Assembly: GCA_965203485.1 (NCBI GenBank)
Contig: OZ241892.1
Coordinates: forward strand, 2,144,001 to 2,208,000
Source of the DNA: Longimicrobiales bacterium
GTDB taxonomy: Bacteria; Gemmatimonadota; Gemmatimonadetes; Longimicrobiales; Gaopeijiaceae
DNA length: 64,000 bases
Direction of reading: 5' to 3'
Shown: in pieces, positions 28,520 to 38,758 of the stretch
How the letters are laid out: every line of letters begins with the position of its first letter
How positions within the stretch are numbered: position 1 is the first letter of the stretch
Translations under genes and position numbers: made by a program
Notes under the pieces: model-generated
Told to the model about the DNA's origin: nothing
Database searches by the model: none
What the model saw: the letters and a program-made list of their open reading frames with translations, nothing else

Positions 28520-28567
28520 GCCCAATATGTTGTGCCTTTCGTTCGCCATCGCCACTACAGATTGGTG
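28520..28567. promoter_or_regulatory. Tandem NrdR boxes upstream of nrdJ
   Basis: GCCCAATATGTTGTGC (28520-35) and CCACTACAGATTGGTG (28552-67) resemble the acaCwAtATaTwGtgt consensus and are 32 bp apart. Confidence 0.8.
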
Positions 28568-28612
28568 AAGGTAACCAATTCGGCGACGAAGCGCCACGGA
28601 GCAGCTGTCCCG

Positions 28613-31600
28613 CTAGAACGCGTCGCCGAGGCGCACGTAGAAGCGCGATCCGCCGCCGAGAAGCGCCGCGGCCCAGCCGACGCGGACGGTCGTCTTGGTG
28701 GCGTAGAAGGGCAGAATCGACGCCGACAACTCGGCCCCGGCGCTGGTCAGGGGACGGTCGGCCGGGTTGTAGAAGCCGGGCTCGCCGAGGGTGGGCCCCC
28801 AGGCGTTGGCGGCGTCGAAGAAGACGGCGCCGTGAACGCGGTCGAAGAACAAGGGGAAGGGCCCGGCGCCCCGGTCGACCAGGAAGAGCGGGAAGCGGTA
28901 CTCGACGGTGGCCGCCCACGCGAAATTGCCGAAGCGGTTGCCCTCCGCGTAGCCCCTCGCCGGGAACAGCAGGCGGGACCCCGGCAACCGGTACCCGGCC
29001 AGGCTCCGCGAAGCGCCGGACGCGCCGCCCACGTCGAAGTGGTACTGGTCGGCGCCCGGTCCCGACGCGTAGCCGGCGGACGCCCGAACGCCCAGCACGT
29101 GGCGGGAGAAGCCCGGCAGGGCCATGGACTTGTAGGCTTCGATCCTGGCGAGCGCCTCGTTGTACGATCCGTCCCGGCCCGCCACGCCGGCCAACGACGG
29201 GTACAGGTCGCGGCGGATGCGGCCGGCGGCCGACGCCGTGATGCCGTCCTCGCGCGAGATCGAGAACGGGTGGCGCCGCGCGTTCGACGCCCACAGGCCG
29301 ACGCCGGCCTCCGCGTACGTGCGGCGGGGCCGCGCGAGCGAGACGCGCTCCGTCTGGTTGCCGTCCAGCTCGAGCAGCATGAAGTCGGAGCGAACGAAGC
29401 CCGCCCGCGCGGTCAGCGCCGCATTGCTTCGGACGCGCCGGCGCGCGAGGGAAGTCGTGAGCATCGCCCGGCGCTCGCGGGCCGCCAGCAGGAACTCGGC
29501 GGCCGAGCCGTCGAGCGCTTCGGCCGCAAGCGTGCGAGAGCGCGCGTCGTAGTCCTGCGACGCCGAAAGGCCCACGACGGGGTTGCCGAACCCTCCGTAC
29601 TCGTAGGCGAAGGCGCCCGTGAAGCGCCGGTCCAGCGAGAGTTCGCCCGTCGCCGTGAAGGAGTGGCGGCCGACCAGGTCGCGTCCCCCGGTCCGGAAGC
29701 CGATCGAAGTCCGAACGACGTCGTGCCGCCTGCCGGAGCGGTCCAGAGCCGTCAGGGCACGTCGCAACCGCGGCAACCAGTAGTGCGGCCGAAGCGTGCG
29801 GAGCGCACTGTAGGGCCGGCGCTCGAAGGGCGCCGACCGCGACTGGGATGCGCCGGGAGCGTTTGGGAGCAACCCGGCGGCCGCGGGACTGGCGGGACTC
29901 TGCTCGGCGGGGGAATCCGCGAACCGGGGGCTCGTCGGCTGCGGCTCGAACCAGTCGCCGGGCGAGAGGGGGATGCGACGGATGCTCCATCCGTCCGCGT
30001 GATACGACGAGTAGTAGAGCCAGCGGCCCGAGGGGTCCACGGAAGGATGGGCGGCGCCGCCCAGGACGTTCGTCGCTTGGCGGACTACGAGCCGGTCGTC
30101 GGCGGCGTCCGGCAGGAGCGCGACGAAGATGTTGGGGATGCCGGTGCGGTCGGACGACCAGACGACGCCGGAGCCGTCGGGGAGCCAGAACGGCGCGGTG
30201 TCCACCGCCCGGTCCTCGGTGACCTGGACGGCCAGGGCGCCGTCCGCCTCGAGCACCACCACGTCCATCATCCCCGGCGCCGTCCAGCGCGACGCCGCGA
30301 TGCGCCGTCCATCCGGCGACCAGCGCGGATATGCCCAGTGGCGTTCGGCGTCGGGCGCCACGAGCTCGGTCACGGCGCCGGCGCGCAAGTCCACCGTCAC
30401 CAAGCGGTTGGTGCCCTCCCCCTCCTGCACCGCCACGGCCGAGCGACCGTCCGGCGACACGTCGGCGTACGTGAGCCTCATGTCCCGCGTCAGCCGCTCC
30501 GCATGCCCGTCCATGCCCAAGCGGTACAGGTCGCTGTACACTCGGTGCGCCCCCGCGAACTCGATGTCCTGATGGACGAGGCCGCCGTCCGGGTGCCACG
30601 AGAGCGATCCGCCCAGCGCGTTCACCCGCCGAAGCACGCGAGCGTTGGAGCCGTCCGCGGACGCCACCACCACTCGGGGATCGGCCACGCCGTCGTCCGC
30701 CAAGTACGCCACGAAGGCGCCGTCGGGGGACACAACCGCTTGGCGCGCGTGGCGGCCCCCGTCTTCCACGACTTGGCCCTCGGTGACCGGCGCATGCCGG
30801 GCCACGCGTCGCGCCGCATCCCGCTGGCCTTCGGCGACCGCGGCGCGCCACTCGTCCCAGCTCCGCGACAGCGGCGTCCCGAACGCGTTCCGGCTGGCCG
30901 CGCCCAGGCGAAACGGAATCCACTGAGCCGCCACCGACCGGGCCATCTCGCTCAGCGCGGCCTCGCCGTGGCGCTCCGCCATGTGCTCCAGGTAGCGCGC
31001 GCCGTACACGTAGGGGCGGTTGCCGCCCGGCCACGCGGGGGAGTCGCCCGACGCCTGGTCCACCGGGCTCAGCGCGTCCTCCAGCACGGCCGCGCGAAGC
31101 ACCATCTCCTGCCAGGTCCCGTGAACGCGCCCGGCACCGGCAATTTCGGACTCGTAGTACGTCGCCAGCCCCTCGGTCACCCAAGTGGGCGCGGCGGCCG
31201 ACGGAAAGAAGGGCCAGCCGTACGGCGCTCGCCCGAACAGTCCGCGGAGCGTCTTGGCCAGCGGTCCGGCCATCTCGAAATGGAAGGCGTGCACCAGCTC
31301 GTGCGTGATCACCAGCTCGAGCCAGTCGTCAAAGTAGGAGATGCTGCCGCCGTCCATCGGGGGTCGGGCGAAGACGGTGATGCGGTTGTAGGGAGACGGC
31401 GAAGCGTAGCCGTTCGAGATGTCGGCGTGGTCGGCGAGCAGCAGTTGAATGCGGCCCGCGGGCGCCGAAGCGAAGCGGTCGGCAAGAAGCCCGTGTGCCC
31501 GTTCGGCGATCGCGGCGGCCTTGCCGGCAAGCGCGTCCATCGACGCGGGATAGGTGATGTCGAAGTGGTCCGTGCGCAACTGGCGCCAGTCCTCGTCCGG

Positions 31601-31789
31601 GGGCGGCGCCTGGGCCGGGGCGGGGGCGGCGAAGACGAAGGACAGGAACACCCCGGCCAAGAGCGCAAGGACCGCCGGCGGCGCCGATTGGCGGCGGGAC
31701 GGCCGTTCTCCTCGCGCGGCCTCCCGGGCACGGCGATGGAGATGGCGTGAGACGGGTCGTCCGCCATTGGCGGAACTCGCACGCGTCAA
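28613..31789 (-). CDS. Outer-membrane protein with metallopeptidase-like, TolB/PD40 propeller and BamA/TamA-like barrel regions
   Basis: Signal peptide; W..LRTDHF, HELVH...WVTEGLATYYE; repeated SPDG/WSPDG; beta-barrel C-terminus ending in F. Start is uncertain (TTG overlapping the upstream stop). Confidence 0.75.
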   Translation of the reverse strand: MTRASSANGGRPVSRHLHRRAREAARGERPSRRQSAPPAVLALLAGVFLSFVFAAPAPAQAPPPDEDWRQLRTDHFDITYPASMDALAGKAAAIAERAHGLLADRFASAPAGRIQLLLADHADISNGYASPSPYNRITVFARPPMDGGSISYFDDWLELVITHELVHAFHFEMAGPLAKTLRGLFGRAPYGWPFFPSAAAPTWVTEGLATYYESEIAGAGRVHGTWQEMVLRAAVLEDALSPVDQASGDSPAWPGGNRPYVYGARYLEHMAERHGEAALSEMARSVAAQWIPFRLGAASRNAFGTPLSRSWDEWRAAVAEGQRDAARRVARHAPVTEGQVVEDGGRHARQAVVSPDGAFVAYLADDGVADPRVVVASADGSNARVLRRVNALGGSLSWHPDGGLVHQDIEFAGAHRVYSDLYRLGMDGHAERLTRDMRLTYADVSPDGRSAVAVQEGEGTNRLVTVDLRAGAVTELVAPDAERHWAYPRWSPDGRRIAASRWTAPGMMDVVVLEADGALAVQVTEDRAVDTAPFWLPDGSGVVWSSDRTGIPNIFVALLPDAADDRLVVRQATNVLGGAAHPSVDPSGRWLYYSSYHADGWSIRRIPLSPGDWFEPQPTSPRFADSPAEQSPASPAAAGLLPNAPGASQSRSAPFERRPYSALRTLRPHYWLPRLRRALTALDRSGRRHDVVRTSIGFRTGGRDLVGRHSFTATGELSLDRRFTGAFAYEYGGFGNPVVGLSASQDYDARSRTLAAEALDGSAAEFLLAARERRAMLTTSLARRRVRSNAALTARAGFVRSDFMLLELDGNQTERVSLARPRRTYAEAGVGLWASNARRHPFSISREDGITASAAGRIRRDLYPSLAGVAGRDGSYNEALARIEAYKSMALPGFSRHVLGVRASAGYASGPGADQYHFDVGGASGASRSLAGYRLPGSRLLFPARGYAEGNRFGNFAWAATVEYRFPLFLVDRGAGPFPLFFDRVHGAVFFDAANAWGPTLGEPGFYNPADRPLTSAGAELSASILPFYATKTTVRVGWAAALLGGGSRFYVRLGDAF

Positions 31790-33513
31790 GGCGCGCCCCG
31801 GGCGTGGGCCACTACCGGAACCTCGTCGCTGCCCAGCGGGGTCCAATCGGTCGGCACGTCGGAGCTGGGCATGTCGGGACACGGGCCGATCGAGCCCGTG
31901 CCCTCGGAGTCCGCGCCGCCGGACTCGGTGATTTCCAGCAAGCCGACCACAAATTGCGGCTCGATCCGCAACGCCCGTTGAACACAGAAGCGATCCGGAT
32001 GGCGCTCCATCACCGGCTCCATGTACATGGCGGTCAAGTCGTCGCCGGGAACTACGGCGACGTACTGGGCGCCCAAGCTGTCGCTGAGCGCGAAGAAGGC
32101 GCCATCGTCGGACGACATTGGCCAACGGGCCGACGGCAACCCGCTGAACAAGTGGAAGATGCGAGACTTGCGGGCCAGCACGACGGCGTCGTCAGGGAGA
32201 TGCTGGGCCGCCCAGACCCCGAGCGCCGCATGGGCGGCGGTGCGCGCGTCGTCGCAGGTGACCGGCGAGGCGGCGGACCGGCAGGAGGATGCGGCCTCGT
32301 TGGTCGCGACTGCCGTCTTCGACACGGACCAAACGAGCGGAACGCCCACCGCCAGTCCTCCCGCGGCAACGGCGTAGGCCGCTGGGACCCGAAGGCGGCC
32401 GGCGAGCGAACGCAAGGCCTCGGCCGCGAAGAGGAGGAGGACCGGCAACAAAGGCAATGCGTACCGGTCGGCTATCCATTGGGACGGCCATGCGGCCAGC
32501 AGGGCGGCATAGAGCGGCAGGAAGACCTCGGCCGGACCGACGCTTCGCCGGAGCCGCCGAATCCAGCCCCAGACGGCCAGCGAAGCGAATCCGATTCCCA
32601 TTGCTGCCGCCCATGTTCCGCTCCAGCCCGCGAGCCCACCGGGGATGACCCCGGTGACGTATCTCCAAACATTGCCCGCGAGCCGGTTCAAGAACTCTCC
32701 CGCCCCGAACGTGCCCAGTTCCGGAAAAAACGGGTGGCTCAGCCAGAACTCGGAGACGTAGGCGCTTTCCGAACTTCTGGACGCCCACAGCACGGCGAGC
32801 GGAAGGAAGCAGGCCGCGAACGCCGCCAGCGCCCTCCAGCGCCGCCCCGCGGCCAAGCAGATCGCGGCGGCCGCCACCAGCGGAAGCCCTGCCGAGCGCG
32901 TGAAGTAGGCCAACCCGGCAAGCGCCAAGCCTCCCGCGGGAAGCCATGCGGACGACGGCGCGGGCGGGGATGCCGCCGGAGAGCGAGCGGAGTCGGCGCA
33001 GACGATGCGGCGAGGCGTCAACAACCAAAAGGCGCCCACGGTGAGCGCGACGAAGAGAGCGTCGGAAAGAACCCATCTCGAGGCGTTCAGCATCGCTGGA
33101 GACAGGCCGAAGACGAGGGCTATGGCTACGGCTGCGGCAAGCCCCTTCGAACACCGTCGCACCCACAGGAACGCAAGCGCCGAGGCCAGGCCGACGAAGA
33201 GCGCCGAGGCCGCCTTGAAGGCGCCCCAGGTCTCGGCCCCGGCCAGCATCATGACCGCCAGCACGGCGGGGTAGACGGGAGGATACTTTGCGTGCGGAGG
33301 CGAGCCCGGCGTCCACGTCTCGGCGTACCGGCCCTCGAACGCCAACTCGGCGGCCAGCAACAGATAAGACGCGTTGTCCCCGCCCCCGTTCATCGCCGGC
33401 CACCGGACGATCCAGGCCACGGCGGACACGACAATCCAGATGGCGGCCAGAACGGGCAAGATTCTGCGGGCAGGCTGGTCGCGGGAAGCTTCCGCGCGTC
33501 CGGGCGCAGCCAT
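31786..33513 (-). CDS. Membrane glycosyltransferase (GT-C / ArnT-like)
   Basis: GGDNASYLLLA, HAKYPPVYPAVLA, VLSDALF and RYALPLLP; multiple hydrophobic helices. Start approximate. Confidence 0.7.
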   Translation of the reverse strand: MAAPGRAEASRDQPARRILPVLAAIWIVVSAVAWIVRWPAMNGGGDNASYLLLAAELAFEGRYAETWTPGSPPHAKYPPVYPAVLAVMMLAGAETWGAFKAASALFVGLASALAFLWVRRCSKGLAAAVAIALVFGLSPAMLNASRWVLSDALFVALTVGAFWLLTPRRIVCADSARSPAASPPAPSSAWLPAGGLALAGLAYFTRSAGLPLVAAAAICLAAGRRWRALAAFAACFLPLAVLWASRSSESAYVSEFWLSHPFFPELGTFGAGEFLNRLAGNVWRYVTGVIPGGLAGWSGTWAAAMGIGFASLAVWGWIRRLRRSVGPAEVFLPLYAALLAAWPSQWIADRYALPLLPVLLLFAAEALRSLAGRLRVPAAYAVAAGGLAVGVPLVWSVSKTAVATNEAASSCRSAASPVTCDDARTAAHAALGVWAAQHLPDDAVVLARKSRIFHLFSGLPSARWPMSSDDGAFFALSDSLGAQYVAVVPGDDLTAMYMEPVMERHPDRFCVQRALRIEPQFVVGLLEITESGGADSEGTGSIGPCPDMPSSDVPTDWTPLGSDEVPVVAHARGAP

Positions 33514-33638
33514 CTCAGGCGGCGCGGTGCGCGGCCGCGGGGACGCGTGGGGCTCGGCGGCCGCGCAATCCCCGCTCGGCTTCGGCTTGCGCGTCGCCCG
33601 TCCGGCGCGCTGGCGGCCCGATGCTGCTACAGGTCGAG

Positions 33639-34535
33639 TCAAGCGAATTCGGTCACGGCCCTGGCGGCGCCACCCGCTTTCGCCAGCGCTTCGCGGGCTC
33701 CCTCGGCGTCCACGCCAAGGCGGCCCATCACCACCGCGGTCTTCACGTGGCCGCGAGCGCGCGCGAGCAACTCGCCCGCTTCCTCGCGGTCCAGGTCGAG
33801 CTTCGTCATCAGGATGCGCTCGGCCCGGTCCTGCAACTTGTCGCAGGTGACCTGCAGGTCCACCATGAGGTTTCCGTCGACCTTGCCGCAGAGAATCATG
33901 GCCGTCGTGGTGACCGCGTTGAGCACCATCTTGGTGGCCGTGCCCGCCTTCATGCGCGTCGATCCAGTGACGACCTCCGGGCCGGTCAGCGGGGCGATCA
34001 CCACGTCGTGGGTCCGTCGCAGCGCGGGAGACGGAGGCGTGCACAGCAGGAAGACCGTCTTCGCGCCCCGGTCCCGAGCCCTGCCCAAGGCCGCATGCAC
34101 GAACGGGGTGGTGCCGGACGTGGCGATTCCGAAGATCACGTCCAAACGCCCCACGGCCTTCTCGTCGACGGCTCGGGCCCCCGCTTCCCTGTCGTCTTCG
34201 GCGCCTTCGCAGGCCCGGACAAGGGCCCCGTCCCCGCCCGCGATCACTCCCTGCACCATCTCGGGCCGGGTCCCGAAGGTCGGCGGCATTTCCGCCGCGT
34301 CCAGCACGCCAAGGCGGCCCGACGTGCCGGCGCCCACGTAGACGAGGCGCCCTCCCGACCGAAACGCCCCGGCCGCCAAGCGCGCCGCCTGGGCGATCGC
34401 ATCCGCCTCCTTGCCGACGGCGCGCGCCACCCGCTCGTCTTCCTCGTTGATCGTCCGCACGATCTGCGCGGCGGACAGACGGTCCACGGCCTCCGTGCGC
34501 GGGTTGCGCTGTTCCGTCAGCCTGTCATCCAGCAT
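33639..34535 (-). CDS. murQ: N-acetylmuramic acid 6-phosphate etherase
   Basis: TEQRNP, YVGAGTSGRLGVLDAAEMPPTFG, EGAED, GPEVVTGSTRMKAGTATK and GNLMVD. Confidence 0.95.
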   Translation of the reverse strand: MLDDRLTEQRNPRTEAVDRLSAAQIVRTINEEDERVARAVGKEADAIAQAARLAAGAFRSGGRLVYVGAGTSGRLGVLDAAEMPPTFGTRPEMVQGVIAGGDGALVRACEGAEDDREAGARAVDEKAVGRLDVIFGIATSGTTPFVHAALGRARDRGAKTVFLLCTPPSPALRRTHDVVIAPLTGPEVVTGSTRMKAGTATKMVLNAVTTTAMILCGKVDGNLMVDLQVTCDKLQDRAERILMTKLDLDREEAGELLARARGHVKTAVVMGRLGVDAEGAREALAKAGGAARAVTEFA

Positions 34536-35328
34536 TGCCGGCACCGCCGCCCGCCCCCGGCAACGAATCCGCCTGCGCAGGCACCGAGAACGCCGTCCGC
34601 ACTTCGACGAGCACCGTCGCGCCCGCCCTGACCCGGCCCTGGTACGGCCGAGGCTCGACAAGGCCGCCGAACGGGTTGGCCGACTGCACGCCGCCGGCCA
34701 GCACGGCCCGAACCGGTCGCTCGAAGCCGTCCGCCGAGAGCGTCTCGAACTCAAGATCGAGGTGGGCGTCCTCGCCGGGCCCCGGCGACGGCTCGGCCGC
34801 GGTCACCCGCCCCAGCAGCTTGGCGCCGGAGCGGATCAGGAGCGTGCCGGCGGGTCCCGTCACGTCCGTCGCGACGGTCGCGACCACCGCGTGCCCCGGC
34901 AGATGCATCTCCGCCGAGACGCCCTCGTCGAGCCGCACTCGCATTCTCGTGCCCGCGGCAACGACCGCCGAGGCCGGCGCCGGCGCCCCGGCGTCGGGCA
35001 AGGGGCCGCCGGCCGCTTCCCGGCCGGGCTCGACGAGCTGGCTGGTTCCAGGCTCGGACTCGTGGGCGGACCGGGTCCTTGCGCCGTCGACAGGACGGTC
35101 CTGCAAGTTCGCGCCGGGAGGAACGCCGTCCGATCCGAACCCCTCCCGCGCCGAGTCGGCCCGCGCGAAGGCGCCGTAGTCGCTCGCGTCGTACGGCGTC
35201 CCGGACGCCTCCTGTCCGTCGGCGGACGCCGCGCCGTTCTCCTCGCTCTGGTCCGTTCCGCAGGCCGCGCACGCTAGGCAAGCCGCAACGAGCACCCAGC
35301 TCCTCGGTCCCCGGTTCGTCTTCGGCAA
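34525..35328 (-). CDS. Hypothetical lipoprotein
   Basis: Hydrophobic signal ending AACG, low-complexity linker, then VAAGT...VRLD...G.V.A.V beta-rich domain; overlaps the murQ start. Start approximate. Confidence 0.55.
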   Translation of the reverse strand: MPKTNRGPRSWVLVAACLACAACGTDQSEENGAASADGQEASGTPYDASDYGAFARADSAREGFGSDGVPPGANLQDRPVDGARTRSAHESEPGTSQLVEPGREAAGGPLPDAGAPAPASAVVAAGTRMRVRLDEGVSAEMHLPGHAVVATVATDVTGPAGTLLIRSGAKLLGRVTAAEPSPGPGEDAHLDLEFETLSADGFERPVRAVLAGGVQSANPFGGLVEPRPYQGRVRAGATVLVEVRTAFSVPAQADSLPGAGGGAGNAG

Positions 35329-35561
35329 CGGCACCTCCAAGCGGATCGTCTTCAGCGGGCGGCGGCCGATTCGGGCTGGCCCGGCGGCATCGGACCCGTG
35401 GCGGCCGGACGTCGAGCGCACGGCTTCCGAAGCCCATGAAGTTAATCTGTCTCATCCCCGCTTGATTGCAAGTTGCGTCCGCGCGGTCGGCCCGCCGCGC
35501 CGTCGCCGTCGCGCCGTCCGTCCTCTTCCGCCCGCCACGCGCTCGCACGAGCTTCCCCGGC

Positions 35562-37346
35562 ATGAAGCAGCTTCGCACCGTCGTCCCGTACTTCGGCCCC
35601 TACCGGAGGGTCCTGGCGTGGGGCCTGGCGCTCGTCGTCGCCGCCAACGGCTTCACGCTGGCGAGTCCCTACGTGCTCAAGCTGGCCGTCGACGGGCTGG
35701 CCGGCGCGGGCGGAGCGGCGGCGGCGAACGCGGCGCGCGACGCGGGGCTCTTTGCGCTGCTCATCGTGGCCATGGCACTGGCGGGCGGAGCGGCCCGCTA
35801 CGGGATGCGAGAAATCATGAACGGCGTGAGCCGCCGGATAGAGGTGGACCTTCGCAACGACTTCTTCCGTCACCTGCTGCGGCTGGACGCGGGGTTCTAC
35901 GGCCGCATGCGCACCGGCGACCTGATGAGCCGGGCCACCAACGACACGCTGGCAGTGCGCCAAGCGACCGGTCCAGCCGTGATGTATTCGGCCAACACGA
36001 TCGTGAACTTCGCCTTCGGGCTGGCGCTGATGGTCCTCATCGACCCCGGGCTGACCCTGGCCGTCATGGCGCCCCTCGCGCTGCTCCCGCCGGCGGCCGT
36101 CTGGTTCGGGCGGGCGATCCATCGCCGGTTCGAGGACATACAGGAGCACTTCGGGACGCTGTCGACGATGGTGCAGGAGAACATGAGCGGCGTGCGCATC
36201 GTGCGCGCGTACGGCCAGGAACGGGGCCAGGCGCGCGAGTTCGACGCCCTGAACCGCGAGTACCTCCGGCGCAACATGCGACTCGCGTACGCCGCCGGAG
36301 GCTTCCATCCGGCGCTGGGCTTCCTGTCCGGGTGCGCCACCGTGGCGCTGCTTTGGCACGGGGGCGGGCTGGTCGTCGCGGGCGCCATAACGACCGGCGA
36401 CTTCGTGGCCTTCTTCTGGCTGCTGGCCATGCTCGCGTGGCCGATGATCACGCTGGGATGGGTGGTGAACATCTTCCAGCGCGGGGCGGCCTCGATGGAA
36501 CGCTTGAACCGGATCTTCGCGGTGCGGCCGCGCATCGCCGCGCCGGCCGCGCCGCGTCCCGCGCCCAGCGGTCCCTCCGAGATCGAGTTTCGGGATGTCA
36601 CGTTCCGCTACCCGGACGCCGACCGGTCCGCGCTGGAGGACGTCTCCTTCACGGCGCCGCCCGGCTGCACCGTGGCCGTCGTGGGCCCGACCGGCGCGGG
36701 AAAGAGCACGCTGGTGTCGCTCGTGGCGCGCGTATGGGATCCGGCATCCGGCGCGGTGCTGCTGGACGGGCATCCCCTCCGGGACTACGACCCCGCCGAC
36801 GTGCGCGCCCGAATCGGATTCGCTCCCCAGGACAACGTGCTCTTCTCCGACCGCTTGGGGCGCAACATCGCGTTGGGGCTCTCGCGTTCGACGGACGACG
36901 GCGCGGGGCTCGAGCGAGTCCGGGCGGCGACGGCGGCGGCCCATCTGGACGAGGCCGTGCGAGGGTTCCCCGCCGGCTACGAGACGATGCTGGGCGAACG
37001 GGGCATCAACCTGTCGGGCGGCCAGAAGCAACGGGCCACGCTGGCGCGTGCCCTGGCCATCGATCCGTCGGTCTTGATCCTGGACGACGTGCTGAGCGCG
37101 GTGGACACCGAGACGGAGAGTCGCATCCTGAAGGGCCTGCAACGCGAACTGAGGAACCGCACGGCCTTCGTGATCTCGCACCGGGTGACGGCGGTCCGGG
37201 ACGCCGACCTGATCCTCGTGCTGGGCGAGGGACGGATAGTGGAGCGCGGGCGGCACGACGACCTGCTTGCGCTCGGCGGCGCCTACGCGTCCTTGCTCCG
37301 CAGGCAGCTCCTGGAGCAGGACCTGTCGCTGGCGGGCGCGGCATGA
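35562..37346 (+). CDS. ABC transporter, fused permease/ATP-binding subunit (MdlA/MsbA-like)
   Basis: RTGDLMSRATND, GPTGAGKST, LSGGQKQR, LILDD and VISHR; N-terminal TM helices. Confidence 0.93.
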   Translation: MKQLRTVVPYFGPYRRVLAWGLALVVAANGFTLASPYVLKLAVDGLAGAGGAAAANAARDAGLFALLIVAMALAGGAARYGMREIMNGVSRRIEVDLRNDFFRHLLRLDAGFYGRMRTGDLMSRATNDTLAVRQATGPAVMYSANTIVNFAFGLALMVLIDPGLTLAVMAPLALLPPAAVWFGRAIHRRFEDIQEHFGTLSTMVQENMSGVRIVRAYGQERGQAREFDALNREYLRRNMRLAYAAGGFHPALGFLSGCATVALLWHGGGLVVAGAITTGDFVAFFWLLAMLAWPMITLGWVVNIFQRGAASMERLNRIFAVRPRIAAPAAPRPAPSGPSEIEFRDVTFRYPDADRSALEDVSFTAPPGCTVAVVGPTGAGKSTLVSLVARVWDPASGAVLLDGHPLRDYDPADVRARIGFAPQDNVLFSDRLGRNIALGLSRSTDDGAGLERVRAATAAAHLDEAVRGFPAGYETMLGERGINLSGGQKQRATLARALAIDPSVLILDDVLSAVDTETESRILKGLQRELRNRTAFVISHRVTAVRDADLILVLGEGRIVERGRHDDLLALGGAYASLLRRQLLEQDLSLAGAA

Positions 37347-37437
37347 TCGCCAGGGGAGAGGCCGCCTTTGCGCTTCGCCTCGCTTGCGTGGCGGGGGGCG
37401 GCGCGAGCCGGCCGGGGCCAGAGGGCGGGACCGCGAA

Positions 37438-38184
37438 CTACAGCCGCTCCAGTAGGAAGTCGGGAGTGAACCGGTTCAGATAGGCCGCCAACGTGACGAA
37501 GGAGCCCGTCACGAGCAGCACGCCCAGGAGGACCAGCAACGCGCCGGCGACCTTCTGCACGGCGGGCAGAAAGCGGCGGAACCCGGCGAAAGCGGCCAGG
37601 AAGCGCTCGAGCGCCAGGGCCGCCGCCATGAACGGAACGGCCAAGCCCATCGAGTACGCGAACAGGAGGAACATCCCCCATCCCAAGTTCTCCTGGGCGG
37701 CGAGCGTCATGATGGCGCCGAGCTGCGGGCCGATGCAGGGCGTCCACCCCGCGCCGAACGCCAGTCCGACCGCGACCGTGCCCAAGTAGCCTACGGGCTT
37801 GTCGGCCAAGTGAAGGCGCTTCTCGCGCAACAGAGGCGCCAGCTGGAAGACGCCGGTCAGATGAAGACCCAGGACGATGATCACGACTCCGCCTGCGCGC
37901 GCGATCCAGTCCCTGTAGTACAGCAGCCAGCTGCCGACGAACGACGCCGACGCTCCCAGCAGGACGAAGACGAGCGTGAAGCCGGTGACGAAGAGTCCCG
38001 CATGCAGGAGCACTCGCTTCCGGTCGAAGCCCTGTTGCAGGTCCTCCAGCGAGACGCCGGTCACGAACGACAGGTAGCTGGGCACCAACGGCAGTACGCA
38101 CGGGGACAGGAACGACAGCAACCCGGCGCTCACGGCGATCAGGATGCCGACGGATTCGTTCACGGATTCCAATGGGACCTCCAT
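37438..38184 (-). CDS. ccdA: Cytochrome c biogenesis protein CcdA
   Basis: AGLLSFLSPCVLPLVPSY, GWTPCIGP and YSMGLAVPF. Confidence 0.92.
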   Translation of the reverse strand: MEVPLESVNESVGILIAVSAGLLSFLSPCVLPLVPSYLSFVTGVSLEDLQQGFDRKRVLLHAGLFVTGFTLVFVLLGASASFVGSWLLYYRDWIARAGGVVIIVLGLHLTGVFQLAPLLREKRLHLADKPVGYLGTVAVGLAFGAGWTPCIGPQLGAIMTLAAQENLGWGMFLLFAYSMGLAVPFMAAALALERFLAAFAGFRRFLPAVQKVAGALLVLLGVLLVTGSFVTLAAYLNRFTPDFLLERL

Positions 38185-38203
38185 CTCTCTTCGCGGGGCT
38201 CCC

Positions 38204-38740
38204 TCATCCGGGCGGACGCGTCCCGGCGAGTTCTTCTTCGAACAGCTCGGCCGGGTAGGCGCGCATGAGCGACGCGAACGCCTCGGCCTCTCCGCCCACC
38301 TCGACCACGCGCGGACTCCCCAAGGGCTCCGCGCTCCTCTCGGCGACGCCTTCCATCATCGCCGGCACACGCTCGGGCGGGGCCACGCCTTCGTCGACGA
38401 AGCGGACGTCGAAGTAGAGGCCCTTGCCGGTCCGCTGGGCCGAGTAGCGCACGGTGACGAGCCGTCGCGAGCTGCGTCCCGCGAAGCAGCCGGCCACGAC
38501 GAGTCCCTGCTCGCGACGTCCGCGCACCAGCGGCGGAAACAGCCACAGCTTGTCGATCGAATTCGGCCTCAGGCGCTCGCCGGCGCCCCTCACGGCGCGC
38601 GGCAATGCCTCGGGCACGCCGGGGTCGGTTCGCCGCGGCCCCGCCCGCCGCGGCGGCTCGGCCGCGGGATTCGGCGGCTTCGCGTCCGCGGGGGGAGCGC
38701 GGCCGACGTCCGAGAACCCGATCTCCGCGAGCCCGGCCAC
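38204..38740 (-). CDS. Hypothetical protein
   Basis: Fills the gap in a co-directional operon; C-terminal part (IDKLWLFPPL..GRREQGLVV...EG.APP..VP.MMEGV..R) looks protein-like. Confidence 0.6.
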   Translation of the reverse strand: MAGLAEIGFSDVGRAPPADAKPPNPAAEPPRRAGPRRTDPGVPEALPRAVRGAGERLRPNSIDKLWLFPPLVRGRREQGLVVAGCFAGRSSRRLVTVRYSAQRTGKGLYFDVRFVDEGVAPPERVPAMMEGVAERSAEPLGSPRVVEVGGEAEAFASLMRAYPAELFEEELAGTRPPG

Positions 38741-38758
38741 GCGACGCGCCCGCCGACC

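Noticed and set aside
25833..28612. Intein in nrdJ or cobalamin riboswitch upstream
   Set aside because: Catalytic motifs are contiguous with no splice motifs; no B12-box recognised in the short leader.
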